This document shows, piece after piece, positions 46,219 through 56,009 of a stretch of 60,619 nucleotides of DNA. Under the pieces are notes generated by a model. The model did not search any database and was not told where the DNA came from. It saw only the letters and a program-made list of their open reading frames with translations. The DNA lies in IMG/VR virus record IMGVR_UViG_3300045119_000430, positions 1 to 60,619 of that record, one strand, 5' to 3'. The position numbers and the translations under genes were made by a program. Positions within the stretch are counted from its first letter, which is position 1, and the number at the start of each line of letters is the position of its first letter. The stretch is from a virus (Duplodnaviria > Caudoviricetes).

Positions 46219-46728
46219 ATGTCCGAAGTCATCGTGCAGACGCATGCGGGCGAGCACCCGCTTCAGATCCTGTCCCTGGCCGTCAACCTGGCGGCCCAGC
46301 GCAACATCCCGGTCACCACGGGGCCCGACCCCGGGGTCATCTGCATCAGCATCCATGGGGCGGTCCGCTGGGCCCGGTCGCATGCGTCCGGCGGGGTGTC
46401 TCCGCTGGGGGCTGCCATCCTCGACCGCCAGCCCCAAGGCGGAAACCTCGACCGAGCCGAGGAGCAGGCCGTCGGGCAGTCGCGGTCCTGGTGCGAGGGA
46501 TTCACGCAGGGGTGTGCGGCGGGGGCGTTCGAGCGCACCAAGGCGGAGGGGCTCGCCGGCCAGCTCTACCGCGACGGGTGGATGCTGGGGGTGGAGTTCA
46601 GGTCCGCTCTGATCTGCGGCGTCTGCCCGACGCACAACGTGCGGCACCCGATGGCCGAACCGTGCCCCATCTGCGAGGAGACAGCGGCGGCCATCGAGCG
46701 CGACCGCCTCCCCGAGGCCGGAAAATGA
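46219..46728 (+). CDS. hypothetical protein
   Basis: RBS AAGGAG; C-terminal CPTH..CPIC. Confidence 0.6.
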   Translation: MSEVIVQTHAGEHPLQILSLAVNLAAQRNIPVTTGPDPGVICISIHGAVRWARSHASGGVSPLGAAILDRQPQGGNLDRAEEQAVGQSRSWCEGFTQGCAAGAFERTKAEGLAGQLYRDGWMLGVEFRSALICGVCPTHNVRHPMAEPCPICEETAAAIERDRLPEAGK

Positions 46729-47001
46729 GCTCCACCAGCGACGACACGCCCGGCCCCGCGCTGGTGGTGGACGAGCGGCGACGACGGCTGGTGATGCTCT
46801 CCGATCAGGAGGTCGCCGCGCTTGAGGCCCTCGTGGCCAAGTACCAACTCGGCGGCGTCCTGACGGCCCTGGCCTCGCTCTGCGAGCGTCGAATCCCGAT
46901 GCGGGGCGGGGCGGCCCGGGAGGCGTGGGAGACGTCCCTGGACGAGCTGCGGGACCTGATCGACTTCACGGCCCGCGGGATGATCGAGGACGGGCGCTGA
47001 C

Positions 47002-47586
47002 ATGGCCACCGACGACGAGAAGAGGCGGCGCCGCTACCCGCTGAGCATCCGAGACCTGACGGGGGAGGACGAGAAGAACCCGCCCTCGCGAATGGACCCG
47101 TGGGACCCTGGGGATTGGCTCGTCGCTGATGAGGACGAGGAGGAAGCCGCGGACAAAACACAGGTGGCCGACGTGACGTGGGGCTCGGACGCGGACGCGA
47201 CGCCGATGCCGGGACCGCTGCCCCAGCCGCCGCCGATCCCGAAGGCCGCCGCGCCCGTCCACATCCGCCAGACCACGGTCTCGGAGCCCCTCCCGTCCCT
47301 GCTCCGCGACCTGCGCACGCCCGCGAGCCTGCCCGTCGCCGGCAGCGGTCCGATCTATGAGCCAACGCCCACCGACGTGATCCCGCCGCGCCCGGTGAAG
47401 TACCCGACGTGGGAGCGGCTGCTGATTGCGGCGCTGTCGGCCGGCGCGACGTTCGCCGTTGCGATGTTCCTGATTGTATCCAGGCAGCGACTAGCGGGCG
47501 AGGCCGTCGATTTTCACCTCGCCCGCGAGGCCAGCATGGCCGTCGGCGCAATCATCGGCGGAGTCGTCTTCCGCCGTTACCGTTGA
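47002..47586 (+). CDS. two-TM membrane protein with acidic/Pro-rich N-terminus
   Basis: Two hydrophobic C-terminal helices. Confidence 0.55.
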   Translation: MATDDEKRRRRYPLSIRDLTGEDEKNPPSRMDPWDPGDWLVADEDEEEAADKTQVADVTWGSDADATPMPGPLPQPPPIPKAAAPVHIRQTTVSEPLPSLLRDLRTPASLPVAGSGPIYEPTPTDVIPPRPVKYPTWERLLIAALSAGATFAVAMFLIVSRQRLAGEAVDFHLAREASMAVGAIIGGVVFRRYR

Positions 47587-47660
47587 CGCATCTGCTACCA
47601 ACTGGATCGGTTGACTGCGGGTATCGACAGATTTGAAAAACTCGTGCATTAGGATTGACG

Positions 47661-47891
47661 ATGAAGTTAGCAATCAGCAAGCAACCGCTGTCAGTCGAGG
47701 CAACGACGCAACTCATCGCGCTCATCGACGAGATCGGCCAGGGCGCGGCGGCAACCCGGATCGGCGTCAGTCCGCACACCGTGCGCGTTGCCTGCGCGGG
47801 TGGGGCGATCATGGCGGGCTCGAGGTCGCTGATTGAGGCGGGGTTGGCGCGAGAGGCGAAGGCCGCTGCGGCGGCGGAAAGGGGAGCGTGA
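47661..47891 (+). CDS. small Cro-like HTH protein
   Basis: GQGAAATRIGVSPHTVRVACAG; TAGGAT upstream. Confidence 0.55.
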   Translation: MKLAISKQPLSVEATTQLIALIDEIGQGAAATRIGVSPHTVRVACAGGAIMAGSRSLIEAGLAREAKAAAAAERGA

Positions 47892-48097
47892 TGGCAACCA
47901 AGGAGAGGCCGAGCGGAGCGATTCGCCGCGGTGTGCTCGAAGGCATCGTCTGCGATCACAAGAAGAAGCTGATGCGCCTGCGGGCCAGGCGTCCGTCGGT
48001 GGAGACTGATGCGTGGATCGAGGCCAATGAAGCGTCCATGGCCGCGATCCTGGCGCGCCTTGGGTTGACGGACAGGGCCGGCTAATGCCCCACCCCC

Positions 48098-48334
48098 TTG
48101 CTCACCGTCCAGCCCGGTATCCCGGTGCCGGGCGCCGGCCAGGGCGGTCGCCCCGCAGACCCCCGCCGCGAGATGTACCGATCGATGAAGGTCGGCGAGT
48201 CGGTGCTTCTCCCCGACGACTACGCCAAGCAGCCCTACGGAGAGGTGACCTACGCGCAGCGGGCAGTGGGTGGCGGGGCGAAATTCACGATGCGCAAGAC
48301 GACCGAGGGATATCGGATCTGGAGGGTCTCATGA
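48098..48334 (+). CDS. small putative DNA-binding protein
   Basis: PGIPVP..MKVGESV..FTMRKTTEGYRIWRV. Confidence 0.6.
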   Translation: MLTVQPGIPVPGAGQGGRPADPRREMYRSMKVGESVLLPDDYAKQPYGEVTYAQRAVGGGAKFTMRKTTEGYRIWRVS

Positions 48335-48689
48335 GGCGAACGCCGACGAAGAAACCAACCGACTTGGCGGGGTTCATTGCGCGGGAACAGGAGCGGGCGT
48401 GGAACGCGCTGGAGCGGCACGGTCGCGAGCACAGGTGCGACATCGGAGACCAGTGCCCGCTTCGTCTGATGCTTCGGGACCTCTGGGCATCGTTCTACGA
48501 ACCGGGGATGAAATATATCCGCGTGCTTGATGCCCGCGAACTCGCTCTCCCGTCACTCCATCCCGAAGCCTACCGCCCAAGGTGGCGCCAACCCCTCATC
48601 CCGGCCCCGACGGCAACCCTCCCCGTCCAGGACGCCCCCCAGCAGCCGTTGGGGCCGGGATCTCTCGGCAACGAACAAAGGAGCACGTG

Positions 48690-49628
48690 ATGCCCCAGGA
48701 AGAGATCCAACTGGTCGACTACGAGACGCGGGAGCGGTGGCTTGCGGCGCGGTCGTCGGGAATCGGGGCGAGCGAATCGGCGGCGCTGTTCGACGCGTCT
48801 CCCTGGCACACGCTGATGAGCCTATGGGCGCTGAAGGTCGGAAAGGTCGATGGCGACCTAGGCGATGCGGAGTACCTCACGTGGGGAACGCTACTGGAGG
48901 AGCCGATCGCGAAGCGCTACGAACAGAAAACGGGGCGGCGCGTTTGGCAGGGCGGCCAGTTCGCGGTGGCGCAACACCCGTCGCTGCCGTTCATGCGCGC
49001 CACGCCAGATCGCTGGGTGATCGACGCGCCGGACAGAGGAACGCCCGGCCTACTGCAGATCAAGAACACCAACGCATTCCGCGGGCACGACTGGGACGAT
49101 GGGGTACCGCAGCACATCGAGATCCAGGTTCAGCATGAGATGGCGGTTACCGGCCGAGACTGGGCCTCTGTCGCGGTCCTCGTCGGTGGCTGCGAGTTTC
49201 GATCATTCGACGTCGAGCGCAATCCCGCGTTCATTGAGGAGCTTGAGGCCTCTTGCGCGTGGTTTTGGGACTTTGTCACGCGCCGCGAGCAACCGCCGAT
49301 CGACGGGTCGTTGCGCACCTTAGAAGCGCTGAAGCGGCTGCATCCGAAGGACTCGGGCGAACAGATCATGCTCCCCGAGGATGCGATCGGGTGGTTGGCG
49401 GCATTCGAGGCGGCAAAGGCTGACGCCAAGGCCGCCGAGGCGAACAAGACTGACGCGGAGAACCGGCTGCGAGACGCGATCGGAGACGCGAGCTACGCCC
49501 TTCTGCCCGACGGGCGGCGGCTGACGCTGCTGACGACGGAGCGCAAGGGCTACCAACCAAATTATGTGGATCCCACGACGTATCGGGTTCTTCGGCTCGA
49601 AGGGGCGAAGAAAGGAAAGCGACGATGA
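48690..49628 (+). CDS. YqaJ-like (lambda-exonuclease family) recombination exonuclease
   Basis: WLAARSSGIGASE, WGTLLEEPI, ATPDR, LQIKNT, QVQHEMAVTG. Confidence 0.92.
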   Translation: MPQEEIQLVDYETRERWLAARSSGIGASESAALFDASPWHTLMSLWALKVGKVDGDLGDAEYLTWGTLLEEPIAKRYEQKTGRRVWQGGQFAVAQHPSLPFMRATPDRWVIDAPDRGTPGLLQIKNTNAFRGHDWDDGVPQHIEIQVQHEMAVTGRDWASVAVLVGGCEFRSFDVERNPAFIEELEASCAWFWDFVTRREQPPIDGSLRTLEALKRLHPKDSGEQIMLPEDAIGWLAAFEAAKADAKAAEANKTDAENRLRDAIGDASYALLPDGRRLTLLTTERKGYQPNYVDPTTYRVLRLEGAKKGKRR

Positions 49629-50725
49629 GTGCTAATGACGGACAGGGAAAGATCATCACGGTCCCGGCTGGCAACGGCAGCGATGTCGCGCGGCCGACGC
49701 CGATCAACAACTTCCGCGATCTGCTCGAGAAGATGAAGCCGCAGATCGCGCTCGCGCTCCCTCGTCACGTCGACCCGTCACGGATGCTGCGGATCGTTCT
49801 GACGACGGTGCAGCGCACGCCGAAGTTGCTGGACTGCACGCGCGAGAGCTTGCTGGCGTGCATCGTCCAATGCGCGCAGCTCGGCCTCGAGCCCGACGGG
49901 TTGCTAGGACACGCCTACTTGATCCCATTCTGGAACAACAAAGAGAAGCGCCAGGAGTGTCAGTTGATCGTCGGGTACAAGGGGTTGCTCAAGCTCGCTC
50001 GCCAGTCAGGCGAGGTGTCGTCGATCTGCGCCCGCGTGGTGCATGAAAAAGACGAGTTCGACTACGAATATGGCCTCGAAGAGAAGCTCCGTCACCGCCC
50101 GAGCATGGAGGACGACCCGGGGCCGCTACAGTTCGCCTACGCGATCTTTTTTCTGAAGGACGGCTCCAAGCACTTCGAGGTGATGAGCTTCCGTGAGATC
50201 GAACGGATCCGCATGCGCTCCAAGGCAGCCGAGTACGGTCCGTGGTCCACCGATTACGAAGAGATGGCGAAGAAGACCGTGCTTCGGCGCGCGTCGAAGA
50301 TGTCGCCGGCGTCGATCGAAGATCGAATGGCCAAGGCGATCGCCATGGATGAACTGGCTGACGCCGGGCTTCCGCAGGGCCTCCCCGAACCGGAGGCGCC
50401 CGCGCCGGCCCCACAGCCGGAAGACAAGCCGCGTGAACTGCAACCCGAGAGGGAGACGGTCGATGATCTGGCCGCGAAGGCAAAGGCGAGACGCGAAGCC
50501 AACGCGCCGAAGCCCGCAGCCGCGCCCGCCCCGGCGGCTAAGCCGGCCGAGCCCGCCGACGCAATCAGCCCCGGGCCCGGCACCGCGAGCAAGCCCGCGC
50601 AGCGCACGCTGAGCATCCGCGTCGAGGGCGAGTCCGAAGAGGACCGCGCCGCCCGCGAGGCCGCCGCTCCTGGCCCTGACGAGTTCCCCGCCTCCCCGGC
50701 GTTCCGTCCGAAGGGAGGCGCGTGA
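49625..50725 (+). CDS. recT: RecT single-strand annealing recombinase
   Basis: AQLGLEP..GHAYLIPF, QLIVGYKGLLKLARQSG, PWSTDYEEMAKKTV. Confidence 0.94.
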   Translation: MSANDGQGKIITVPAGNGSDVARPTPINNFRDLLEKMKPQIALALPRHVDPSRMLRIVLTTVQRTPKLLDCTRESLLACIVQCAQLGLEPDGLLGHAYLIPFWNNKEKRQECQLIVGYKGLLKLARQSGEVSSICARVVHEKDEFDYEYGLEEKLRHRPSMEDDPGPLQFAYAIFFLKDGSKHFEVMSFREIERIRMRSKAAEYGPWSTDYEEMAKKTVLRRASKMSPASIEDRMAKAIAMDELADAGLPQGLPEPEAPAPAPQPEDKPRELQPERETVDDLAAKAKARREANAPKPAAAPAPAAKPAEPADAISPGPGTASKPAQRTLSIRVEGESEEDRAAREAAAPGPDEFPASPAFRPKGGA

Positions 50726-51153
50726 TGGGAGCGGCGTCGCTGAGCTATCAAGGCTACCTAGAGACCCAGACATGTGGAGCATGCGGGATTGAATTCGCTG
50801 CCCCGAAGAGCTTTTTCGACGAACGGCGGAAGGACCACAAGAAGAACTGGTATTGCCCCAACGGTCATGCCCGAATCTTCACGGGAGAGACCGAGGCGGA
50901 GCGACTGGCCCGCGAATTAGAAGCGGAGCGGAACGCGGCGGCACGATTGCGAGCTGACCTAGGAGCCAAGACGAAAAGCGTCATCGCTCTCCGTGGCCAA
51001 GTCACAAAGTCGCGTAAGCGCGCGGCGGCGGGCGTCTGCCCGTGCTGCAAGCGAACATTCAGGCAGCTCGCTGCTCACATGGGGATGAAACACCCGGACT
51101 ATGCAGCGCAAGACATCGGTTCTGGGGTACCGGCCGAGAAAGGGCGTGCGTGA
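50722..51153 (+). CDS. Zn-binding coiled-coil protein
   Basis: CGAC, YCPNGH, GVCPCCKRTF..HM..KHP. Confidence 0.65.
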   Translation: MMGAASLSYQGYLETQTCGACGIEFAAPKSFFDERRKDHKKNWYCPNGHARIFTGETEAERLARELEAERNAAARLRADLGAKTKSVIALRGQVTKSRKRAAAGVCPCCKRTFRQLAAHMGMKHPDYAAQDIGSGVPAEKGRA

Positions 51154-52122
51154 TGGAAACGACCATCTCTGGCGCCCAGGCGTTGCTTCTGCTCTTCGCC
51201 ATATTCGGCCTCGGTTTCTTTGTCGGGCGCGTGACACGAACCAAGGAGCGAGGCTGATCCATGAGAGCGATGAAGACACCACGGGAGGTGGCGCACGCTT
51301 TGGCGCATAGCCATACGCCGCACGGCTGCATGCCGCATGATGAGTTGGGCTGGTCGCACGGATGGCGTTGCGAGGAGTTGACCGACGGATTCATTGCCCG
51401 CGACGCCGAGCACGAAGCCGAGAAGGCCGCCCTACGTCAGCAGCTCGCGGCAGTGACGACCAAGCAGAAGGGAGCAGAAATCTATCAGGACTTCCTGATC
51501 AAGCGCTGCCGCAGTCTCGCTGAAGACGTAGAGAAGTCGGAGGCCAGCGGTCGCGAGGCGGGACGACGGGAGGCGTTCGGCGAGGCGGTGCGGGCCGTCG
51601 AAGACCCTGGCCTCTGCGAGCCGGCCGAACTGCGAGCCCATTTCCAAATCCTCGCCAGGGCGACGCAGCCAGCGCCCGCACCGACGTGCGGCCACGATCT
51701 GGCGAGCATCCAGGCCTACGCGCACGGCATGGGCCAGGAGGACGCGATCAGGAACGTAGTGCAATGGCTGAAGGGTGAGGCGTCTCTCGTCGAGAAGGAT
51801 CTTCAGGAGGCCATAGCGATTGCATTCGGAGTCGCCGGCAAACGAATCGAAGCGCTAGGAAAGGACCCCCGCTGATGCCCGCTCCCCACTCTCTCACCTG
51901 CCCCTGCCTCCGCTGCAACCAGCGACGCAAGCCGGCCGCTCCTGTAACCGGCGTCGGTGGGTTCGCGATCGCCAAGCCACGAGCGCCGCATGACTACGAC
52001 GGCTTGTCGACAAAGCCAGCGCCGAGCCCGAAGGGGCCGCCGACGTCGGTGCTGCTGGAGGACGCGAAGAAGCGGCGCCGCGAGCGCGAGGCCGAGGAAC
52101 GTGAGCGAGAGAGGGGCGGACG

Positions 52123-52818
52123 ATGAAGGAGCGACCAATATTGTTTAGCGCGCCCATGATTCGCGCCCTCCGCGAGGGGCGCAAGACGCAGACGCGGCGG
52201 ATACTCAAGGAGCAGACAGCCAGCGCCGTGCCGGGCCTCTACGTTGACCGCTACGCTAAGTCGGATCGCTGGGCGTTCTGGCTGCCCGACGGGAGGATGG
52301 ACGCGCCGCGGACGTTCGCCTGTCCATATGGTGAGCCTGGCGACCGACTCTGGACTCGCGAGGCGTGGAAGACTGCGCTCTCGATGGACAAGGAAAACGC
52401 GACACAGATCGGAGAGAGGGCCACCGATGCCGGATATAGCCGTCCGTGGGCACCGATAGAATACTCGGCAGATTGCGCGCGCTCCGATTGGAACGTCCAA
52501 GACTGGGGCGAGGCCGGCCGCCAACGGCACGCCCGGTTCATGCCCCGCTGGGCCTCCCGTGACCTCCTGGAGGTGACCGAGGTGCGTGCCCAGCGGGTGC
52601 AGGAGATCAGTGAGGAGGATGCCGAAGCAGAGGGCGTATCTGAACTAGACGGAGAGCTCGACGAGGTGGCCATTTGCGCCATGGCGAAGCGAATCGGCGG
52701 CTGCGCGACTGACGCTCGCGTGTGGTACGCGGTGCTTTGGAATCAGATCAAGGGCCCCGGTTCCTGGGAGAGCAACTCGTGGGTGTGGTGCGTGTCTTTC
52801 GCGAGGCTCGCGCCATGA
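52123..52818 (+). CDS. conserved phage protein (ASCH/PUA-like)
   Basis: MKERPILFSAPMIRALREGRKTQTRR, CPYGEPGDRLWTRE, FMPRWASR, SWESNSWVW. Confidence 0.8.
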   Translation: MKERPILFSAPMIRALREGRKTQTRRILKEQTASAVPGLYVDRYAKSDRWAFWLPDGRMDAPRTFACPYGEPGDRLWTREAWKTALSMDKENATQIGERATDAGYSRPWAPIEYSADCARSDWNVQDWGEAGRQRHARFMPRWASRDLLEVTEVRAQRVQEISEEDAEAEGVSELDGELDEVAICAMAKRIGGCATDARVWYAVLWNQIKGPGSWESNSWVWCVSFARLAP

Positions 52819-53309
52819 CCACCCTCGAACACCTCCAAGCCATGGCCCGCGACTGGGGCGGCGAGATTGTTCATGCCCCCCGGGCGTTCGGCGAGACCCC
52901 GGACATATTCGAGTCGTCGCGAGGAGATCGCATCTGGTACTGCCCGTTCGACAAGGGCTTTGCGATCGAATTCGATGACCGGAGGATCCTCACGCGGGAT
53001 GCAGCGCCGAACCTAGGCTCGCTGATTCACGAGATGGGGCATACGTTCGCCTGTGCGTCGGTCCCCAGCAAGAGCCGCGAGTTCGAGTTCTTCGGCTGGG
53101 AATACGTCGTTGCGCGCAAGGCCGGCTGCCTCGAAGAGTGGCTCGCTTCCAACGCGGAATACCGCTTGGAGACTCCGCCTAGCGATTTCGGCGCCATGTC
53201 GCCGACGGCTCAAAGCAGAGTGCTCGCTGAGCGCGTTGTCTTCGCCGGCCGCAACGGCCTGATCAAGGGCGGGGCCCCGGTCTGCGTGCGGAGGAGGAAG
53301 GCGCCGTGA
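52815..53309 (+). CDS. hypothetical protein with HExxH zincin-like motif
   Basis: LIHEMGH..E. Confidence 0.5.
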   Translation: MTTLEHLQAMARDWGGEIVHAPRAFGETPDIFESSRGDRIWYCPFDKGFAIEFDDRRILTRDAAPNLGSLIHEMGHTFACASVPSKSREFEFFGWEYVVARKAGCLEEWLASNAEYRLETPPSDFGAMSPTAQSRVLAERVVFAGRNGLIKGGAPVCVRRRKAP

Positions 53310-53737
53310 CCAGATCCCAGCTCGGCAACGCCTTGGCCATCGCGCTCTTCGCAACCATCGACAATCAAGGGAAATATGATCTGGATCAGGCCGGCGCAAC
53401 GTTCGCTCTCGCACTTGATCGTCTCGCTAAGCTCAGAAGAAAACGAGCCCGAGCCAAATCGATCCCCGATCCGCGCGACATCCGCTGGCGGTCAGTGGTC
53501 GAGCCGATCGCGGCCGAATATGGGCTCACGGTTGAAGAACTCCGCGCCCGACGGCGGAGCCCACACCTTGTTGTAGCCCGCAATGAAGCGATCTGGCGAC
53601 TGAGGCAATTGCAGCCGCCGATGAGCTATCCCGAGATCGCCAGGGCCGTGGGGCTGGCCAACCATACGTCGGCGCTCCATGGATTCAGGGTCTACGCCGC
53701 ACGTCTCGCCCGCGAGGCCGAGAATAAGGCCGCATGA
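53306..53737 (+). CDS. DnaA domain IV-like HTH protein
   Basis: YGLTVEELRARRRSPHLVVARNEAIWRL..SYPEIARAVGLANHTSALHG. Confidence 0.75.
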   Translation: MTRSQLGNALAIALFATIDNQGKYDLDQAGATFALALDRLAKLRRKRARAKSIPDPRDIRWRSVVEPIAAEYGLTVEELRARRRSPHLVVARNEAIWRLRQLQPPMSYPEIARAVGLANHTSALHGFRVYAARLAREAENKAA

Positions 53738-54276
53738 AGCCGCTCAACTCCGTCACCATCGCCAACCGCCGTCTCGGCCTCCTACGTCTCTACGAACGTA
53801 AGCGCATCGAGCAGGGGCTTCCGCCAGGCCCGATCGAGCGACCAGCGCCGACGACGCTGCCGAACAGCCGCCGCCTATCGGACGCCGAGATCGCCGCCGC
53901 CGTCGAGCCATTCCCGGATGTCGAGCGACCGAGAACGCGCGGAGAGTGCCGGGACGCCCCACGCCCTTGCCCGTGGTCATCCTGCAGGCATCACAACGCC
54001 TTCGAGGTCAGCCAGATCGGATCGCTCACTCCGGCGTTCCCTGGTGTCGAGCCATGGGAGATCCCCGAGACGTGTTCCCTCGATGCCGCAGACCGCGGGG
54101 GCATGACGCTCGAAGAGGTCGGCACCATACTGAACCTCACTCGCGAATGCATCCGCCAGACCGAAGATCGGGCGCTCCGCAAGATGAAGGCCGCCGGTGT
54201 CGACGTCCTAGGACCCCCGTCTGAGCACCCGATCGGGAACTACTGGAACACTGGCGGCGGCGACTCCCGCGACTGA
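53734..54276 (+). CDS. sigma-70 region-4-like HTH protein with Cys/His metal site
   Basis: RPRTRGEC..PCPWSSCRHH..ETCSLD..GMTLEEVGTILNLTRECIRQTE. Confidence 0.78.
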   Translation: MKPLNSVTIANRRLGLLRLYERKRIEQGLPPGPIERPAPTTLPNSRRLSDAEIAAAVEPFPDVERPRTRGECRDAPRPCPWSSCRHHNAFEVSQIGSLTPAFPGVEPWEIPETCSLDAADRGGMTLEEVGTILNLTRECIRQTEDRALRKMKAAGVDVLGPPSEHPIGNYWNTGGGDSRD

Positions 54277-54596
54277 CCCACATGAAGCGGCGGCGGGGGG
54301 TTGCTAAAACGGGCGGGAGAACACAGGGGGGCAGAATGGCGAACTTTATCGTCGAGCTACGCCGCGTCAACGGGCGCGTGGACGATCTGCAATCGCGCAT
54401 CGAGGACCTGGAGGAGATCGACACCGACGTGGCCGAGGCCCTCAGGCTACAAAACCAGGCGATCGGGTATCTCCAGAAGCTCGGAATCAATCACGAGAAA
54501 CGCATGGGGTCAGCCGAGGCTGCGATAGCCAGGATTCGGCGGCGCATCGGGCGCCCAGATCAAATGAAAATGCGACGAGTCAGACGCTCTCGGTAG

Positions 54597-54838
54597 CCCG
54601 GTTTCACCCGGTTTCGAAACCGGATCCAAATCTCGGATTTTGCGCCATTTCTGCCCCGCCGGCCGCGCTGGGTGGGATTTGTACGCCTGCAATTACGCGC
54701 ACATATCAATACAGTGGGGACACGTATTTAGGTCTTGTAACGAAGCTGTCAAGGGGCGACAACGAGCCACCGCAGGTTTCGTCGCGGTGAGGAAAGTTAC
54801 CAAATAGAACGGTCTTAATACTGGGGGGATGACCGGAA
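54597..54838. other. non-coding region next to integrase; candidate attP
   Basis: AT-richer; CCGGTTTC repeats and perfect palindrome CCGGTTTCGAAACCGG. Confidence 0.4.
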
Positions 54839-55804
54839 ATGCAGCAGCTGGAGTTGAGGGGGATCGCGGAAGGCAGGTTGAGAGAATCGATAATGTGGTT
54901 GCTGGCTCATGAGTGCGACGGGGTAAGGGAGGAGACCTTGTTGCGGGACTACCAGGTCCGGGCGGATTGGTGCTTGCGCACCTTCGGAGATTGCCGCCTC
55001 GTGGAGTTGTGTGGGCGCAACGGCTACGAATGGATGCGCAGGGTGATCGCATCGAACAAGTCGAGCGACGAGCGGATGAAAAACGTCTCGATTAAGAAGC
55101 GGCTCCAGTTCCTGATCCGCGTGCTCAAGGTAGCAGCGAATCGAGAGTTCATCGTCCGGTCATCAATTCCGGAACTGCCACAGATCGCGAACGACGGTGT
55201 GCCAAAAGAGGCGTTCCACACCTACGATCAGTACAGGCGATTTCGATCCGCCCTTCCGTCGGGGCGCCATCGCATCTACACCGACCTCGGCTGGTGGACC
55301 GGCATGCGACGAGAGGACTTGGAGTCCACGCTAAAAGAACAGGTTGACCCGTGGCGGCCGTTCGTCGATGAGGCCGGCAAGACGATCTCGGTCGGCTGCT
55401 TCTGGGTCAGAAACCATAAGCGGCGCGATTTCCAGTCCTACTGGATCCCGATGGAGGCTGAATTTAGGGCGTGTGTGAAGGAGTTTTACGAGCAGCACCC
55501 AATGGCAGATGGCGACCTGATCACGGGCAAATTCTCGAAGCCATCGCGCTGGATGGATCCTGCTTCGCAGCGATCTGGAACGCCGCGGATAACGCCGCAC
55601 TGCTGGCGCCGCTCCCGGCAGACCTACCTTGAGACTATCGGGGTTGCGCTGAGCGACATCATGTATGCCCTGGGTTCGGCCAGTGTGGCAGTGAGCAAGA
55701 GGCACTATCTGAAGCCAACGCCGTCTACCCTGAGACGATTGATTCCCAGGTCCGTACCGACGGAAGACGGGCTGCCAGACCTCCCCGAGATGGGCATGGC
55801 GTAA
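54839..55804 (+). CDS. int: tyrosine recombinase/integrase
   Basis: WWTGMRR, TPHCWRR, ALGS..RHY; the second His/Trp position is Ser. Confidence 0.85.
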   Translation: MQQLELRGIAEGRLRESIMWLLAHECDGVREETLLRDYQVRADWCLRTFGDCRLVELCGRNGYEWMRRVIASNKSSDERMKNVSIKKRLQFLIRVLKVAANREFIVRSSIPELPQIANDGVPKEAFHTYDQYRRFRSALPSGRHRIYTDLGWWTGMRREDLESTLKEQVDPWRPFVDEAGKTISVGCFWVRNHKRRDFQSYWIPMEAEFRACVKEFYEQHPMADGDLITGKFSKPSRWMDPASQRSGTPRITPHCWRRSRQTYLETIGVALSDIMYALGSASVAVSKRHYLKPTPSTLRRLIPRSVPTEDGLPDLPEMGMA

Positions 55805-55873
55805 AAATACGTGTTGACTATTTCGGCGCACTCTGGCTTTTCTCTTGATTGCCTACTCTCATGATTTACCGCT

Positions 55874-55991
55874 CGTCGATCAGCCAGGAATCCTCTTCAG
55901 CCCCGCGACCGAGGGTAGGCCATCGTGGAAACGCGGTGTCTTCGCGAGCCGAGCTGGAGGGGGGCCCTGGCCGGGCGACGCCCGTTTTTTT
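55874..55991 (+). ncRNA. candidate rod-shaped structured RNA ending in hairpin plus T7 tract
   Basis: Nested complementary blocks with G-U pairs and a GAAA tetraloop; terminator-like CGGGC-GAC-GCCCG-TTTTTTT. Confidence 0.5.
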
Positions 55992-56009
55992 ACAGTAGAG
56001 GAGAACCGC

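Noticed and set aside
54701-54716. Extra NrdR-box-like site CATATCAATACAGTGG upstream of the integrase
   Set aside because: Only the right half matches and it is a single copy; too weak to call
55874-55991. Assignment to SRP RNA, 6S RNA, T-box or a known ribozyme
   Set aside because: Lacks the SRP domain IV, T-box (GGGTGGNACC) and hammerhead consensus motifs; shorter than typical 6S
55845-56009. TTG-started N-terminal extension of the lipoprotein ORF
   Set aside because: No RBS, and it crosses a terminator-like T tract; ATG 56010 has a strong RBS
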